Below are positions 49,044 to 60,574 of a DNA stretch of 64,000 bases, one piece after another. Below the pieces are notes generated by a model that was given only the letters and a program-made list of their open reading frames with translations, was not told the DNA's origin and made no database searches. Each line of letters starts with the position of its first letter. The first letter of the stretch is position 1. The DNA is taken from the NCBI GenBank assembly GCA_963813155.1, contig CAWEYG010000003.1, forward strand, positions 480,001-544,000, in the 5' to 3' direction. The position numbers and the translations under genes are program-made. This DNA is from an uncultured Acidobacteriota bacterium (lineage in GTDB: Bacteria; Acidobacteriota; Thermoanaerobaculia; UBA5066; DATFVB01).

Positions 49044-49664
49044 CTACTGGCCGCGGTTCGCACCCTTCTTGACGGGCTTGGAGCCCTTCGCCTTCGACTG
49101 CTTCGCCGGAGCGCCCTTCGACTTGGGCTCCGGACCCTTTTTGCCCTTCGCGGCGTGCGCCGCGGGAGCCCTCTTCGCCTCGGCCGCCGGAGCTTCCCCG
49201 CCGGCCTCCTCTTTTTCCTTCCGAATCGTCTCGACCTTCGAGGAAACGGATCGCCGCGCGCGTTCCATCGTCGACTCCCGCTTCGGGCCCCGCTCCTTCG
49301 CGGTGAATTTGTAATCGACGAACTCCAGGATCGCCTCCTCGGAATTGTCGCCCCGACGCCGGCCGAGATGAAGGATCCGCGTGTATCCCCCGGGCCGGTC
49401 CGTGAAGCGCGGCCCGAGCGTGTCGAAAACCTTCTTGACGAGCGGACGGCTCGGGACCCACCGGAAGACCTTGCGCCGCGACGGAACGGAATCCGTCTTC
49501 CCCATCGTGACGACCTTCTCCACCAGGGGCCGAAGCTCCTTGGCCTTTTCCAGGGTCGTCGCGATGCGCTCGTGCTCGACGATCGACATCAGCTGGTTGC
49601 GGAACATCGCAATGCGATGCGAGGTCGTCCGCCGGAGCTTTCGACCGAATCGATTGTGCTGCAT
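49044..49664 (-). CDS. rplQ: 50S ribosomal protein L17 with C-terminal extension
   Basis: RKL.RTTSHR, TT..KAKELR, RPGGYTRI. Confidence 0.97.
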   Translation of the reverse strand: MQHNRFGRKLRRTTSHRIAMFRNQLMSIVEHERIATTLEKAKELRPLVEKVVTMGKTDSVPSRRKVFRWVPSRPLVKKVFDTLGPRFTDRPGGYTRILHLGRRRGDNSEEAILEFVDYKFTAKERGPKRESTMERARRSVSSKVETIRKEKEEAGGEAPAAEAKRAPAAHAAKGKKGPEPKSKGAPAKQSKAKGSKPVKKGANRGQ

Positions 49665-49673
49665 GGGTGCCTC

Positions 49674-50657
49674 TTACTTCTCGATTCCCGCCGGGACGTT
49701 GTTCAGGTCCATCCCCAGCGAAAGCCCCATCGAACGCAGCAGGTCCTTGATCTCGTTCAACGACTTGCGCCCGAAATTCTTCGTCTCGAGCATTTCCTTT
49801 TCGGTCTTCTGGACCAGCTCCCGGATCGTCTTGATGTCGGCGTTCTTCAGGCAGTTCGAGGAACGAACCGAAAGCTCCAGCTCGTCGACCGATTTGTTGA
49901 GCACTTCATTCAGGTTTTCCGGAAGCTCCCGCTCCGCCGCGTGGTCGAAAGCGGTGTCGTGCTCCGCGTTGATGAAGATTGTCAGGTGCTCCGTCAACAG
50001 AGTCGCCGCCATTCCGACGGCGTCCTCGGGCGAGACCGTGCCGTCGGTCCAGACCTCCAGAACGAGCCGGTCGAAATCGGTTTCCTGGCCGATTCGCGCC
50101 GCTTCAATGTGGTAATTGACTCTTCGGACGGGCGAATGGACGGAATCGATCGGGATGTAGCCGATCCCCATGTCCTCGTCGAAGTTCTTGTCCGCCGAGA
50201 CGTAACCGCGGCCGCGGGAAAGCCTCATCTCCATGCTGAGATGGCCGCCCTCCGAGAGCGTCGCGACGTGCGCCTTCGGGTCGAGAATCTCCACGTCGGC
50301 CGACTCCTCGATGTCCGCCGCCGTGACCTTCCCCTTGCGCTCCACGTCGAGGCGAAGGATCTTTTCCTCTTCCGCCATCAGCTTGAACGGAATCTGCTTC
50401 AGGTTCAGGATGATGTCGGTCACGTCTTCCACGACGCCGGGGATCGAGGAAAACTCGTGGAGCACTCCCTCGATCTTGACGGCCGTGATCGCCGCGCCTT
50501 CGATCGAAGAAAGCAGGGCTCGACGCAGCGCGTTGCCCACCGTCGTTCCGAAGCCGCGCTCGAAAGGCTGCGCGTAGAAGCGGCCGTAGGTCGACGTCAG
50601 GGTTTCCTGGTCGACTTCCAGTCTCTTCGGTTTCTGAAATCCCTTCCAAAGTCTCAT
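49674..50657 (-). CDS. rpoA: RNA polymerase subunit alpha
   Basis: [42 protein letters not shown]. Confidence 0.98.
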   Translation of the reverse strand: MRLWKGFQKPKRLEVDQETLTSTYGRFYAQPFERGFGTTVGNALRRALLSSIEGAAITAVKIEGVLHEFSSIPGVVEDVTDIILNLKQIPFKLMAEEEKILRLDVERKGKVTAADIEESADVEILDPKAHVATLSEGGHLSMEMRLSRGRGYVSADKNFDEDMGIGYIPIDSVHSPVRRVNYHIEAARIGQETDFDRLVLEVWTDGTVSPEDAVGMAATLLTEHLTIFINAEHDTAFDHAAERELPENLNEVLNKSVDELELSVRSSNCLKNADIKTIRELVQKTEKEMLETKNFGRKSLNEIKDLLRSMGLSLGMDLNNVPAGIEK

Positions 50658-50672
50658 GTGTCTCCTCCGCCG

Positions 50673-51299
50673 CTACTTCGAATAAAGTTCGACGATGAGC
50701 TGCTCCTGGATCGGCAGCTTGATGTCTTCTCGTTTGGGCAGATCCAGGACCTGCCCCTTGAAATTCTCGGGATCGAGCTCGAGCCACACGGGAACTCCCC
50801 GCGCCTTCGCCGTTTCGACGGACGACTTGATCAGCTCGTTGGCGCGGCTCTTGTCCTTCACCGCGACGCTCTGACCCTTTTGAACCTGGAACGACGGAAT
50901 GTTCACCTTGCGGGCGTTCACCGTGATGTGCCCGTGCCGGATCAGCTGGCGCGCCTGCGCGCGCGAGGCCGCGAATCCGAGCGAAAAGACCACGTTGTCG
51001 AGGCGCCGCTCGAGCTGCTGCAGCAGGTTTTCGCCCGTGATGCCCTTCATCCGCTCCGCACGCTCGAAAGCGAGACGGAACTGCGACTCGAGCAGGCCGT
51101 AAATCCGTTTGACCTTCTGCTTCTCCCGCAGCTGGATGCCGTAGCCGAGCAGCTTGCTGCGCCGCTTGCCGTGCTGGCCGGGCGGGAAATTCCGCCTCTC
51201 CACCGCGCACTTGTCCTTGAAACAGCGGTCGCCCTTCAGGAAGAGCTTCATCCCCTCACGCCGGCAGAGCCGGCAGACCGATTCTCGATATCGAGCCAA
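50673..51299 (-). CDS. rpsD: 30S ribosomal protein S4
   Basis: [31 protein letters not shown]. Confidence 0.98.
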   Translation of the reverse strand: MARYRESVCRLCRREGMKLFLKGDRCFKDKCAVERRNFPPGQHGKRRSKLLGYGIQLREKQKVKRIYGLLESQFRLAFERAERMKGITGENLLQQLERRLDNVVFSLGFAASRAQARQLIRHGHITVNARKVNIPSFQVQKGQSVAVKDKSRANELIKSSVETAKARGVPVWLELDPENFKGQVLDLPKREDIKLPIQEQLIVELYSK

Positions 51300-51405
51300 T
51301 GGACACAACCTCCGTGCGGACCACCTTGTTCGTTTCCGTCCTTCCTCCCGATCGGTGGTCCCGAATCGGTTTACAGACGATGCGCCGGCCGAAGCCGGAC
51401 GCTCT

Positions 51406-51822
51406 TTAGACCCGCCGCCGCTTGCGCGGACGGCAACCGTTGTGCGGAATCGGCGTCACGTCCTTGATCGACTTGATGTCGATGCCGCTTGCCTGAATCG
51501 CCCGAATCGCCGACTCGCGGCCGGCCCCGGGACCCGTGACTCGAACGTCCACCGTGCGCACCCCGTGCTCGCGCGCGATCGTCGCGGCGTTGGTGGCAGC
51601 GAGCTGCGCCGCGAAGGGCGTTCCCTTCCTGGACCCCTTGAACCCGATGCGCCCGGCCGAAGACCAGGAGAGCACGCCGCCCTCGTGGTCCGCGATCGTG
51701 ATGATCGTGTTGTTGAACGAGGCCTGGACGAGAACCGTCCCGTGCGGAACGCTCTTCTTCTCTTTTTTTCCGCCCTTGAATTTCTTCCCGGGCTTCTTCG
51801 CGGTCGTCGTGGCTTCGGCCAT
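51406..51822 (-). CDS. rpsK: 30S ribosomal protein S11
   Basis: [30 protein letters not shown]. Confidence 0.98.
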   Translation of the reverse strand: MAEATTTAKKPGKKFKGGKKEKKSVPHGTVLVQASFNNTIITIADHEGGVLSWSSAGRIGFKGSRKGTPFAAQLAATNAATIAREHGVRTVDVRVTGPGAGRESAIRAIQASGIDIKSIKDVTPIPHNGCRPRKRRRV

Positions 51823-51831
51823 CTTTCTTCC

Positions 51832-52215
51832 TTACTTCTTCGTCGCTTTTTTCTTGCCGGCGATCGTCTGTTTGCGCGGCCCTTTTCGGGTCCGGGCGTT
51901 CGTGTGCGTCCGTTGTCCCCGGACCGGGAGGTTCCGGCGGTGCCGCTGCCCTCGATAAGATCCGATGTCCATCAATCGCTTGATGTCCATGGAGACTTCC
52001 TTGCGGAGATCGCCCTCCACCTTGTGCGTGTCCTGAATCACCTTCCGGATCCGAGACACTTCCTCTTCGGAGAGGTCCTTGACGCGCGTGTTCGCGTTCA
52101 CGTCCGCCGACGTGAGGATCGAATTGGAAATCGACCGGCCGATCCCGAAGATGTAGGTCAGCCCGATCTCGACGCGCTTGTTCAGGGGAAGATCGACCCC
52201 GGCGATACGTGCCAT
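51832..52215 (-). CDS. rpsM: 30S ribosomal protein S13
   Basis: [27 protein letters not shown]. Confidence 0.98.
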   Translation of the reverse strand: MARIAGVDLPLNKRVEIGLTYIFGIGRSISNSILTSADVNANTRVKDLSEEEVSRIRKVIQDTHKVEGDLRKEVSMDIKRLMDIGSYRGQRHRRNLPVRGQRTHTNARTRKGPRKQTIAGKKKATKK

Positions 52216-52216
52216 G

Positions 52217-52330
52217 TTATCCCTGCCTCTGTTTGTGCTTCGGATTTTCGCAGATCACCCGCAGAACGCCCTGCCGGCGGATCATCTTGCACTTCGCGCA
52301 AATCTTCTTGACGGATGCCCGAACTTTCAT
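52217..52330 (-). CDS. rpmJ: 50S ribosomal protein L36 (below the ORF-track cutoff)
   Basis: Manual translation [37 protein letters not shown]. Confidence 0.97.
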   Translation of the reverse strand: MKVRASVKKICAKCKMIRRQGVLRVICENPKHKQRQG

Positions 52331-52337
52331 TTCGTTC

Positions 52338-52556
52338 TCACTTGTACCGGTAGATGATCCGCCCCCGGGTCAAATCGTAGGGGGACAGCTCCACCAAAAC
52401 CTTGTCGCCCGGCAGGATTCGGATGAAATTCTTCCGCATCTTACCGGAAATGTGCGCCAGAACCTGGTGCTGGTTCTCCAGCTCCACCTTGAACATCGCG
52501 TTGGGCAGGGGCTCCAGAACGGTCGCCATGACCTCGATCGCTTCTTCCTTCGTCAT
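52338..52556 (-). CDS. infA: Translation initiation factor IF-1
   Basis: KEEAIEV...LPNAMF.VEL, HISGKMR, GRIIYR. Confidence 0.97.
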   Translation of the reverse strand: MTKEEAIEVMATVLEPLPNAMFKVELENQHQVLAHISGKMRKNFIRILPGDKVLVELSPYDLTRGRIIYRYK

Positions 52557-53350
52557 GCGCGAAGCGCCTCCGCCCGGCTTTCGGGCTGCGAGGCGCGCTC
52601 GAACTGCCCGGCTCCGAGCACGATCGCCCCCTCGGGGCCGACCGCGACGGTGTCTTCGAAATGGGCGGACCATCGGCCGTCGCCGGTTTTGACGGTCCAG
52701 CCGTCCTTCTGAACGGACACCCGGGCCGTTCCGAGGTTCAACATCGGTTCGATTGCGATCGCCATTCCTTCTTTCAAGACCGGCCCGCGGCCCCCGGGGC
52801 CGTAATTCGGGACCTGAGGCTCTTCGTGCAGGGCCGTGCCCACCCCGTGCCCGACGAACTCCCGAACAACACCATAACCGCGAACGGCCGCGAAACCTTC
52901 CACGGCGGCCCCGATGTCCGAAACGTGGGCCCCGGGCCGGACGGCCGCGATCCCGAGGGCGAGAGCCTGCCGCGTGTCCTCGACCAGCTGCTGGACCTCC
53001 GGGCGGACCTTGCCCACCGGAAGCGTCCTCGCCGCGTCGCCGTAATACCCCTCGAAAATCGCTCCGCAATCGACGCCCACGATGTCCCCCGCCGCCAGCT
53101 TTCGCTTGCCGGGGATCCCGTGCACGACCTCGTCGTTGATCGACGTGCAGAGGGTCTTCGGGTACCCGCGATAGCCGACGAAAGCCGGCTTCGCCCCGTC
53201 GGCCCGAATGCTCTTTTCGGCGATCTGATCGAGCTCCTCCGTCGTCACGCCCGGCGCGACGGCCTTCGCGACCGCGGCGATCGCGCGGTGGACGATCTCG
53301 CAGGCGCGGTCCATCCGGCGAAGCTCGTCGCGGCTGCGCACCGTGATCAC
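52553..53350 (-). CDS. map: Type I methionyl aminopeptidase
   Basis: [41 protein letters not shown]. Confidence 0.96.
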   Translation of the reverse strand: MITVRSRDELRRMDRACEIVHRAIAAVAKAVAPGVTTEELDQIAEKSIRADGAKPAFVGYRGYPKTLCTSINDEVVHGIPGKRKLAAGDIVGVDCGAIFEGYYGDAARTLPVGKVRPEVQQLVEDTRQALALGIAAVRPGAHVSDIGAAVEGFAAVRGYGVVREFVGHGVGTALHEEPQVPNYGPGGRGPVLKEGMAIAIEPMLNLGTARVSVQKDGWTVKTGDGRWSAHFEDTVAVGPEGAIVLGAGQFERASQPESRAEALRA

Positions 53351-53931
53351 GCGCGGCCCCCGGTCCGGGCGGCCGCCAGCGACTCGTCGATCCGGCGCGC
53401 CACGTCGTCGACCGATCCCATTCCGTCGACGTCGACGAGGGAACCCCGTTTGTCGAACCAGGAAATGAGCGGCTCCGTCTTCTCGCGGTAGACGCGCAGC
53501 CGTTCGCGGATCGTCGCCGGGTTGTCGTCCGACCGCCCCTCGGCCGCGGCGCGGCCGGCCATTCGCCCGGTCACTTCCTGCTCGTCCGCCTTCAGGTTGA
53601 GGACCGCGTCCACCCGGCGGCCCGTCTCCCGGAGGAGGTTCTCGAGCGCCTCGGCCTGGGCGACCGTCCGGGGAAAACCGTCGAGAATGAAGCCGTCGCG
53701 GCAATCGGGAGCCGCGATGCGATCCTTCATCAGGCCGATGATGACTTCGTCGGGCAGCAGATCGCCCTTGTCCATGATCGCCTTCGCCTTCAGCCCGAGA
53801 GGGGACCCCTCCTTGACCGCCTGCCGAAGCATGTCGCCGGTCGAAAGCTGGGGAATTCCGGCGCGGGCCGCGAGGCTCGAGGCCTGCGTTCCCTTGCCGG
53901 AGCCCGGGGGACCGAAGAACACGACGATCAC
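53347..53931 (-). CDS. adk: Adenylate kinase (short-LID type)
   Basis: [30 protein letters not shown]. Confidence 0.96.
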   Translation of the reverse strand: MIVVFFGPPGSGKGTQASSLAARAGIPQLSTGDMLRQAVKEGSPLGLKAKAIMDKGDLLPDEVIIGLMKDRIAAPDCRDGFILDGFPRTVAQAEALENLLRETGRRVDAVLNLKADEQEVTGRMAGRAAAEGRSDDNPATIRERLRVYREKTEPLISWFDKRGSLVDVDGMGSVDDVARRIDESLAAARTGGRA

Positions 53932-55316
53932 GACCGGCGACCTCGCAGCCGCGACTTCTTCAGGAATCCGTCGTAATGCCGCATGACGAGCTGCGACTCG
54001 ATCTGGTTGACGGTGTCCATCGCGACGCCCACGACGATCAGCAGAGACGTTCCGCCGAAGTAGAAATTGAAGCCGAAGCCTTCCGTCACGAACTTCGGAA
54101 GCGCGGCTTCGAGCGCCGGGCCGATCCCCGGAATTCCCCCGACTTTGAACCCCTGGTTCAGGAAGTCCGGAAGGATCGCGATCGCGATCAGGTAGACCGT
54201 CGCGACCGCCGTGATCCGGGTCAGGGAATTGTCGATGTACTCCGCGGTCTTCTTGCCGGGGCGGATTCCCGGGATGAACCCGCCGTACTTGCGGATGTTG
54301 TCCGCCGTGTCGTCGGGGTTGAACACGATCGAAATGTAGAAGTACGTGAAGAACACGATCGCGACCGCGTAGAAGAGGACGTAGAGCGGATGGCCGAGGG
54401 CGAGCGAGCCCGCGAGCTTGTTCGACCATTCCGTGTTGATCAGCCTTCCGATGTACTGGGGAAACTGAATGATCGAGATCGCGAAAATGATGGCCATGAC
54501 GCCGCCCGTGTTGACCCGGAGGGGCAGGTAGGTGTTCTGGCCCCCGTAGACCTTCCGGCCGACGACCCGTTTCGCGTACTGGACGGGAATCCGCCGCTGG
54601 CCGCTTTCGACGAACACGATCAGGGCGACGACGGCGAACATGAAGACCAGGATCGCGAGAATCGTGAACAGCGACAGGGTGCCGAGGGTGATCTGCTGAT
54701 ACAGCCCGTGCATGCCTCGCGGAAGGCCGACGACGATTCCGGCGTAGATGATGAGCGAGATCCCGTTGCCCACGCCGCGTTCGGAGATCTGCTCTCCGAG
54801 CCACATGATGAACGCGCTTCCCGTCGTCAGGGAGAGCACCGTCAGCATGATGAATCCCGTACCCTGCATTTCCGGCCGAACCAGGAACTGCCCCGAGGGA
54901 AGTTGCTGCTTCTGAAGGAAGAGCGCGATTCCCGAGCCCTGAATGATGGAGAGGAGAATCGTCCCGTACCGGGTGTACTGGGTGATCTTCTTGCGCCCGA
55001 TCTCGCCTTCCTTGGAGAGCTTCTCCAGGTACGGCCAGACGACCGTGAGGAGCTGCAGGATGATCGACGCCGAAATGTACGGCATGATCCCGAGCGCGAA
55101 CACCGAGAACCGGCGGAGCGCTCCGCCGGAGAAGATGTCGAGCAGCCCGAGGGCGCCCCCCGCCTGCGACGAGAAAAACTCCGCCATCGCCTTGGGGTTG
55201 ACTCCCGGCGTGGGGATGTGCGACCCGAGGCGATAGACCGCGAGCATCGCGAACGTGAACAGGATCCGTTTCCGGAGGTCCGGAATCGAAAAAATGTTGC
55301 GAATCGATTCCAGCAT
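53928..55316 (-). CDS. secY: Preprotein translocase subunit SecY
   Basis: ALGIMPYISASII, GVGNGISL, IPGIRPG, GGTSLLIVVGV. Confidence 0.98.
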   Translation of the reverse strand: MLESIRNIFSIPDLRKRILFTFAMLAVYRLGSHIPTPGVNPKAMAEFFSSQAGGALGLLDIFSGGALRRFSVFALGIMPYISASIILQLLTVVWPYLEKLSKEGEIGRKKITQYTRYGTILLSIIQGSGIALFLQKQQLPSGQFLVRPEMQGTGFIMLTVLSLTTGSAFIMWLGEQISERGVGNGISLIIYAGIVVGLPRGMHGLYQQITLGTLSLFTILAILVFMFAVVALIVFVESGQRRIPVQYAKRVVGRKVYGGQNTYLPLRVNTGGVMAIIFAISIIQFPQYIGRLINTEWSNKLAGSLALGHPLYVLFYAVAIVFFTYFYISIVFNPDDTADNIRKYGGFIPGIRPGKKTAEYIDNSLTRITAVATVYLIAIAILPDFLNQGFKVGGIPGIGPALEAALPKFVTEGFGFNFYFGGTSLLIVVGVAMDTVNQIESQLVMRHYDGFLKKSRLRGRRS

Positions 55317-55937
55317 TACTGCGCGACCTTCTCCTGAACGACGATCTCACACCGCCCGCCGGCCTTCTCGATCTTCTCCTTCGCCGACGCGGAGAACTTG
55401 TGCGCCCGGACGACGAGAGCTTTCGAGATCTCTCCCCCTCCCAGGATCTTCACGAGCGCTCCCTTGCCCGTCATGCCGTGCGAGTGGAGAACCTCGGGCG
55501 TGATTTCCTGCCCGGCGTCGAATCGTCCCAGGTTCGAGAGGTTCACCGGATCGTAGGGGCGGCGGAAGATGTTCGTGAAGCCGCGCTTCGGCAGCCGCCG
55601 GTGGAGCGGCATCTGCCCGCCCTCGAACCCGCGCATGTGCGAATACCCCGATCTCGATTTCTGCCCCTTGCTTCCCCGGCCGGCCGTCTTGCCGTGCCCG
55701 GAACCCGGGCCGCGGCCCACCCGCTTGCGCGAATGCGTCGACCCGCTCGCAGGGCGGAGGCTGTGAACGCCCGTTCCCGGAGGCAGCTGGGCCGCCGGAG
55801 GCGCCGCGCGGCGAGCCTTCGGCTGGGGCTGAGGACGCGCCGCCGGAGCCTTCGGCGCCGCGACCTTCTTCGCCGCCGGTTTCGCGGCCGGCTTGCGAAC
55901 GGTCTTCTTCTTCACTGCGAGTCTTGGTCTTGGCCAT
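55316..55937 (-). CDS. rplO: 50S ribosomal protein L15 with N-terminal K/A/P-rich extension (ATG 55937 needs a 1-nt correction; GTG 55915 is in frame)
   Basis: [35 protein letters not shown]. Confidence 0.95.
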
Positions 55938-55958
55938 CGTGCTGGTCCTCTGCGCTCT

Positions 55959-56324
55959 CTAGGTGGCCGGAGCCACTTCCACGAGGTGGCGCACCTTGTG
56001 GAGCATTCCGCGCAGCGACGGCGTGTCGCTGCGAACGACTTCCTGGCGAATCCTCCGCAACCCGAGGCCCAGAAGCGTGGCCTTCTGGTCTCTCGGCGTG
56101 CAGATTCCGCTGCGAACGAGGCGGATCCGGACGCTTCCGGAAGCCTTCGCCGCGCGGGTGGCGGGGCTCTTCGAGTCCCGGGTCGCCTCCCGGGCGGCGG
56201 CCGGGGAAGCCGGCGCCGCGGCGACCGGGGCGGCTTTCGCCTTCTTCGGCCGGGCGACCGCCTTCTCGATCTCCTCGAGCGAGGCGACGGGGTCCTTTTT
56301 CTTTTCGTCCTTCTTCGACGCCAT
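55959..56324 (-). CDS. rpmD: 50S ribosomal protein L30 with N-terminal extension
   Basis: 'IRLVRSGI....[14 protein letters not shown]...DTP..RGM..KV.HLV'. Confidence 0.93.
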   Translation of the reverse strand: MASKKDEKKKDPVASLEEIEKAVARPKKAKAAPVAAAPASPAAAREATRDSKSPATRAAKASGSVRIRLVRSGICTPRDQKATLLGLGLRRIRQEVVRSDTPSLRGMLHKVRHLVEVAPAT

Positions 56325-56326
56325 TT

Positions 56327-56860
56327 TCAAGCCTTCTCCGCGCCCATGCCGCGCCGGCGTTCCATGTGTTCCGCCTTGCGGAGCTGCGACAGCGCGTCAA
56401 AAGTCGCCTTGACCACGTTGCCCGGGTTCGTCGTGCCGAGCGACTTCGTCAGAATGTTCGCGATCCCCACCGATTCGAGCACCGCGCGGACCGGCCCTCC
56501 CGCGATGACGCCCGTTCCGTCGGCCGCCGGCTTCAGAAGAACCCGCCCGGCGCCGAAGCGACCGAGCACCTGGTGCGGAATCGTCGTTCCCGTCAGGATG
56601 ACGTGGACCATGTTCTTCTTCGCGAGCTCGATTCCCTTGCGAATCGCCTGCGGAACTTCCTTGGCCTTTCCGGACCCGTAACCGACCCGCCCCTTCCCGT
56701 CGCCGACGACGACGAGAGCGGAGAACGAGAAGTTCTTGCCGCCCTTGACGACCTTCGTGACGCGGTTGATGTGGACGACGCGGTCGACGAACTCCGACGA
56801 CTCGCCGTCCCGGTCGCGGCGGTCGCGCCGATCCCGGTTGCCCGGCTGTTGATTGGCCAT
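56327..56860 (-). CDS. rpsE: 30S ribosomal protein S5
   Basis: [23 protein letters not shown]. Confidence 0.98.
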   Translation of the reverse strand: MANQQPGNRDRRDRRDRDGESSEFVDRVVHINRVTKVVKGGKNFSFSALVVVGDGKGRVGYGSGKAKEVPQAIRKGIELAKKNMVHVILTGTTIPHQVLGRFGAGRVLLKPAADGTGVIAGGPVRAVLESVGIANILTKSLGTTNPGNVVKATFDALSQLRKAEHMERRRGMGAEKA

Positions 56861-57229
56861 CTAAAACTCCAACCCATTCTCGCGGGCGGAATCCGCCAGC
56901 GCTTTGACCTTCCCGTGGTAGGGGTATCCGCCACGGTCGAACACGACGCGGGTGACGCCCTTCGCCTTCGCGCGGCGGGCCACCAGCTCGCCGACTTTCT
57001 TCGCGGCCGCGAGGTTTCCGCCGGTCTTGAGATCGGCGCGAAAATCCGAATCCAGCGAAGAGGCGGCGACGATGGTCGCGCCCTGGCGATCGTCGATGAC
57101 CTGGGCGTAGCAGTGCTTGAGGCTCTTGTAGACCGCGAGCCGCGGACGCTCCTGGGTTCCCGAGACACGCGACCGAACCCGGCGACGCACTTTGCCGCGA
57201 GCCTCGCGGCGCGTTGAAGAGTTCGACAT
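56861..57229 (-). CDS. rplR: 50S ribosomal protein L18
   Basis: [20 protein letters not shown]. Confidence 0.98.
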   Translation of the reverse strand: MSNSSTRREARGKVRRRVRSRVSGTQERPRLAVYKSLKHCYAQVIDDRQGATIVAASSLDSDFRADLKTGGNLAAAKKVGELVARRAKAKGVTRVVFDRGGYPYHGKVKALADSARENGLEF

Positions 57230-57230
57230 G

Positions 57231-57773
57231 TTACTTGCCTCCGGCCTTTCCGACCTTGCGCCGAATGACCTCGTCGCTGTACTTGATTCCCTTCGCCTTG
57301 TAGGGGTCGGGGATTCGAAGCGCGCGGATCTCCGCGGCGGTCTGGCCCACCTTCTGCTTGTCGATCCCGGTGATCGTCATGTGGTTCGTTTTGCCGTCGA
57401 TCGCGATCGCGATCCCCTCGGGAATCGGAAAGTTGATCGGGTGCGAATAACCGAGGGCGAACGCGACGCTCTTCCCGCGGACTTCGGCCTTGAAGCCGAC
57501 CCCCACGATGTCGAGCTCGCGGACGAAGCCCTTCGTGACTCCCTGGACGGCGTTCGCCGCGAGAGCGCGGGCCAGGCCGTGCAGAGCACGCTGCGTCGGC
57601 TCCTCGCCGTCCCGCGTGAATTCCAGCCGGCCGTCCAGCACCTTCGCCTGGACCGAGACCGGCACGGGGCTGCTGACCTCTCCCTTCGGGCCCTTGACCC
57701 GAACGACGTTTCCCTCGACGTGGATCTCGACCCCTTTCGGGATCTGCACGGGGTTCTTTCCGATTCGCGACAC
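57231..57773 (-). CDS. rplF: 50S ribosomal protein L6
   Basis: [22 protein letters not shown]. Confidence 0.98.
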   Translation of the reverse strand: MSRIGKNPVQIPKGVEIHVEGNVVRVKGPKGEVSSPVPVSVQAKVLDGRLEFTRDGEEPTQRALHGLARALAANAVQGVTKGFVRELDIVGVGFKAEVRGKSVAFALGYSHPINFPIPEGIAIAIDGKTNHMTITGIDKQKVGQTAAEIRALRIPDPYKAKGIKYSDEVIRRKVGKAGGK

Positions 57774-57784
57774 GACTTCTCCTC

Positions 57785-58183
57785 CTACCAGATGTTGAAA
57801 AGGACTTCGCCGCCGAGCTTGCTCTCCCGAGCCTTCTTGTCGGACATCAGTCCCCGTGAAGTCGAAACGACCGACATGCCCATCCCGCCGAGGACGGGAA
57901 CGATGTCCGCCGCGCCGCGGTACACCCGGCGCCCGGGCTTCGACACGCGCTTGAGGCCGCCGATGACCGGCTCCCCTTCGTGGTCGTACTTCAGCCGGAC
58001 CTGCAGCCTCGCGTGGTTCTCCACGGTCAGCGCCTTGTAGCTCCCGACGTATCCCTCGTCGGAAAGGAGCTTGAGGATCGCCTCCCGCTGACGCGACGCG
58101 GGAAACTCCGTCTTGTCGTGCCCGGCGCGAATCGCGTTGCGAATTCCCGTGAGCAGGTCCGCGATGGAATCGGTCGTATTCAT
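57785..58183 (-). CDS. rpsH: 30S ribosomal protein S8
   Basis: D.IADLLT.IRN, RVSKPGRRVY, STSRG. Confidence 0.97.
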   Translation of the reverse strand: MNTTDSIADLLTGIRNAIRAGHDKTEFPASRQREAILKLLSDEGYVGSYKALTVENHARLQVRLKYDHEGEPVIGGLKRVSKPGRRVYRGAADIVPVLGGMGMSVVSTSRGLMSDKKARESKLGGEVLFNIW

Positions 58184-58187
58184 GGTC

Positions 58188-58373
58188 TCACCACGTCGCC
58201 TTGATGACACCCGGGATGTAGCCCGCGAGGGCGCGCTCCCGGAAACAAATCCGGCAGAGGCCGAACTTTCGGAGGACGCTGCGCGGCCTCCCGCAAGTCC
58301 GGCATCGCCGGACCTTTCGGCTCGAAAATTTCGGCTTCCGCTCCGCCTTGATGATCATGGCCCGTCTTGCCAT
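58188..58373 (-). CDS. rpsN: 30S ribosomal protein S14, Zn-binding type Z
   Basis: RCRTCGR...[16 protein letters not shown]. Confidence 0.97.
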   Translation of the reverse strand: MARRAMIIKAERKPKFSSRKVRRCRTCGRPRSVLRKFGLCRICFRERALAGYIPGVIKATW

Positions 58374-58385
58374 TTGTCGCCCTTC

Positions 58386-58928
58386 CTACTTCGCGAAGGG
58401 CATGCCGAACTCGCGCAGAAGACTCTGCGCCCTGTCGTCCCGCCCCGCCGTCGTCACGATGGTCACGTTCAAGCCCTTCGACTTGTCGACCTTCGAATAA
58501 TCGATTTCCTGGAAGATCAGGTGATCCTTCACTCCCAGGGTGTAATTGCCCCGTCCGTCGAACGCCTTCGTCGAGACCCCCCGAAAATCGCGAACGCGAG
58601 GCAGCGCGATCGAGATCAGCCGGTCGAGGAATTCGTACATCCGCTCGCCGCGCAGGGTCACCCGGCAGCCGATCGGCATCCCGGCGCGAAGCTTGAAGGA
58701 AGCGATCGACTTTTTCGCGCGCGTGATCACCGCCTTCTGCCCCGCGATCGCCGTCAGCTCCTCGACCGCCGTGTCGAGCAGTTTCACGTTCGAGGTCGCC
58801 TCGCCCATTCCCATGTTGAGAACGATGCGCGAGAGCTTGGGCACGGCCATCTTGTTCTCGATGCCGAACTCCTTCGTGAGCTTGCCCACGATCTCTTTTT
58901 CGTACTGTTCCTTCAATCGCGCAGCCAT
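58386..58928 (-). CDS. rplE: 50S ribosomal protein L5
   Basis: [27 protein letters not shown]. Confidence 0.98.
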   Translation of the reverse strand: MAARLKEQYEKEIVGKLTKEFGIENKMAVPKLSRIVLNMGMGEATSNVKLLDTAVEELTAIAGQKAVITRAKKSIASFKLRAGMPIGCRVTLRGERMYEFLDRLISIALPRVRDFRGVSTKAFDGRGNYTLGVKDHLIFQEIDYSKVDKSKGLNVTIVTTAGRDDRAQSLLREFGMPFAK

Positions 58929-58944
58929 CGCCACTCCCAACTTT

Positions 58945-59268
58945 CTATCCGATCACCGCGCCGCTCTTCTTCGCGACGCGCTCCGGCCGGCCATCCGCCG
59001 TCCGGCGGCGGCCAATCCGGGTTCCCGTGTGCTGCTCGGGGTCCACGAGCATCACGTTCGAGATATGGATGTTCGCCTCCCGCTCCGAAATCCCGCCCGC
59101 GATGTTCTTCGAGGGATTCGGCCGGAGGTGTTTCTTGATCTGATTGACGCGCTCGACGAGCACCCGGTCTTTGCCCGGGAAAACGCGAAGGACCTTTCCC
59201 TCGCGGCCCTTGTCCTTGCCCGCGATGACGACAACGATGTCGTTCTTCTTCAGTCTGACTTTCTTCAT
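58945..59268 (-). CDS. rplX: 50S ribosomal protein L24
   Basis: [20 protein letters not shown]. Confidence 0.97.
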   Translation of the reverse strand: MKKVRLKKNDIVVVIAGKDKGREGKVLRVFPGKDRVLVERVNQIKKHLRPNPSKNIAGGISEREANIHISNVMLVDPEQHTGTRIGRRRTADGRPERVAKKSGAVIG

Positions 59269-59281
59269 TTGCCTGATTCCC

Positions 59282-59659
59282 TCAAAGAACTTCCGGGGCC
59301 AGGGAGATGATCTTCATGAATTTCTTCTCGCGCAGCTCGCGGGCGACGGGCCCGAATACGCGCGTTCCAACGGGCTCGTTCTCCGCATTGACGAGCACCG
59401 CCGCGTTGTCGTCGAACCGGATGTACGAGCCGTCCTTCCGGCGCTGCTGCCGGCGAGTGCGGACGATCACCGCCTTGACGACTCGCTTGCCGTGTTTTTC
59501 CACGAAAGGCGAGTCGGGGGCGCACTCCTTGACCGACGCCGTGATCACGTCGCCGAGATACGCGTACCGGGAGTTCGATCCGCCCTTCTTCTTGATGCAC
59601 GCGATCTTTCGGGCGCCGGAGTTGTCGGCGACTTCCAGAACCGTTCCCATCTGAATCAT
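59282..59659 (-). CDS. rplN: 50S ribosomal protein L14
   Basis: [35 protein letters not shown]. Confidence 0.98.
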   Translation of the reverse strand: MIQMGTVLEVADNSGARKIACIKKKGGSNSRYAYLGDVITASVKECAPDSPFVEKHGKRVVKAVIVRTRRQQRRKDGSYIRFDDNAAVLVNAENEPVGTRVFGPVARELREKKFMKIISLAPEVL

Positions 59660-59662
59660 GGC

Positions 59663-59935
59663 CTAAGCCTGCGCTTTCCTGAGAACTTCACGGAGCGACC
59701 AGCGTTTCCGCTTCGAAAGCGGGCGCGTCTCTTCGATGGAAACCCGATCGCCGATCGAGGCGATCTCCTTTTCGTCGTGCGCCATGAACCGCGACCGGCG
59801 CTTGATGTAGCGCTGATAACGCGGGTGCAGAACGGTGCGCTCCACCTCGACGACGACGCTCTTGTCCATCTTGTCGGAGATCACCTTGCCGACTTTGATC
59901 TGGCGCTTCTTCTGAGTATCGGCCGTCTGAGTCAC
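59663..59935 (-). CDS. rpsQ: 30S ribosomal protein S17
   Basis: [27 protein letters not shown]. Confidence 0.97.
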   Translation of the reverse strand: MTQTADTQKKRQIKVGKVISDKMDKSVVVEVERTVLHPRYQRYIKRRSRFMAHDEKEIASIGDRVSIEETRPLSKRKRWSLREVLRKAQA

Positions 59936-60135
59936 GCTTTTTCTCCGTTTGCCCGCGCGAAGGTCTTCACGCGCGCGATGTCCCGGCGAACGTTCCGCAG
60001 CCTCGCCGGATTCTCCAACTGCCCCGTCGTCTTCTGCAGGCGCAGTTTCCACAGCGCGTCCCGCAGCTCTCGCTCTTTCGCATGGAGGGCGTCCACCGCC
60101 TCTCCCCTCAACTGGTCGAGATCCTTCTTCTTCAT
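59932..60135 (-). CDS. rpmC: 50S ribosomal protein L29
   Basis: LRLQ..TGQLENP.RLR.VRRDIAR.KT. Confidence 0.95.
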   Translation of the reverse strand: MKKKDLDQLRGEAVDALHAKERELRDALWKLRLQKTTGQLENPARLRNVRRDIARVKTFARANGEKA

Positions 60136-60139
60136 CGCC

Positions 60140-60562
60140 TCAAGCCACCTTTCCTTCGTGGCGCGAGATGAACCGCGTCTTGATTCCGATCTTGTCGCCG
60201 GCGAGCCGCATCGCGGCCTTTGCCGTCGCATCATCGACGCCTTCCATCTCGAACAGGATGCGAGCCGGCTTCACGACGGCGACCCATCCTTCGGGAGCTC
60301 CTTTTCCCTTGCCCATTCGGGTTTCGGCGGGCTTCTTCGTGTAGGGCTTGTCGGGAAAGATCCGGATCCAGATCTTCCCGCCGCGCTTGATGTGGCGCGT
60401 CATCGCGATTCGCGCCGCCTCGATCTGTCGCGCGGTCACCCACCCCGGCTCCAGAGCCTGGAGCCCGTAGTCCCCGAACGACAGCTCGCCGCCGCGCAGC
60501 GCCTTGCCGCGCATGCGGCCGCGCTGCTGCTTTCGAAACTTGACCTTGCTGGGCATCAACAT
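60140..60562 (-). CDS. rplP: 50S ribosomal protein L16
   Basis: [26 protein letters not shown]. Confidence 0.98.
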   Translation of the reverse strand: MLMPSKVKFRKQQRGRMRGKALRGGELSFGDYGLQALEPGWVTARQIEAARIAMTRHIKRGGKIWIRIFPDKPYTKKPAETRMGKGKGAPEGWVAVVKPARILFEMEGVDDATAKAAMRLAGDKIGIKTRFISRHEGKVA

Positions 60563-60574
60563 GACGGTTCTTCC

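Noticed and set aside
53347-53931. Truncated adenylate kinase
   Set aside because: Short-LID Adk variants are well known and the catalytic motifs are intact.
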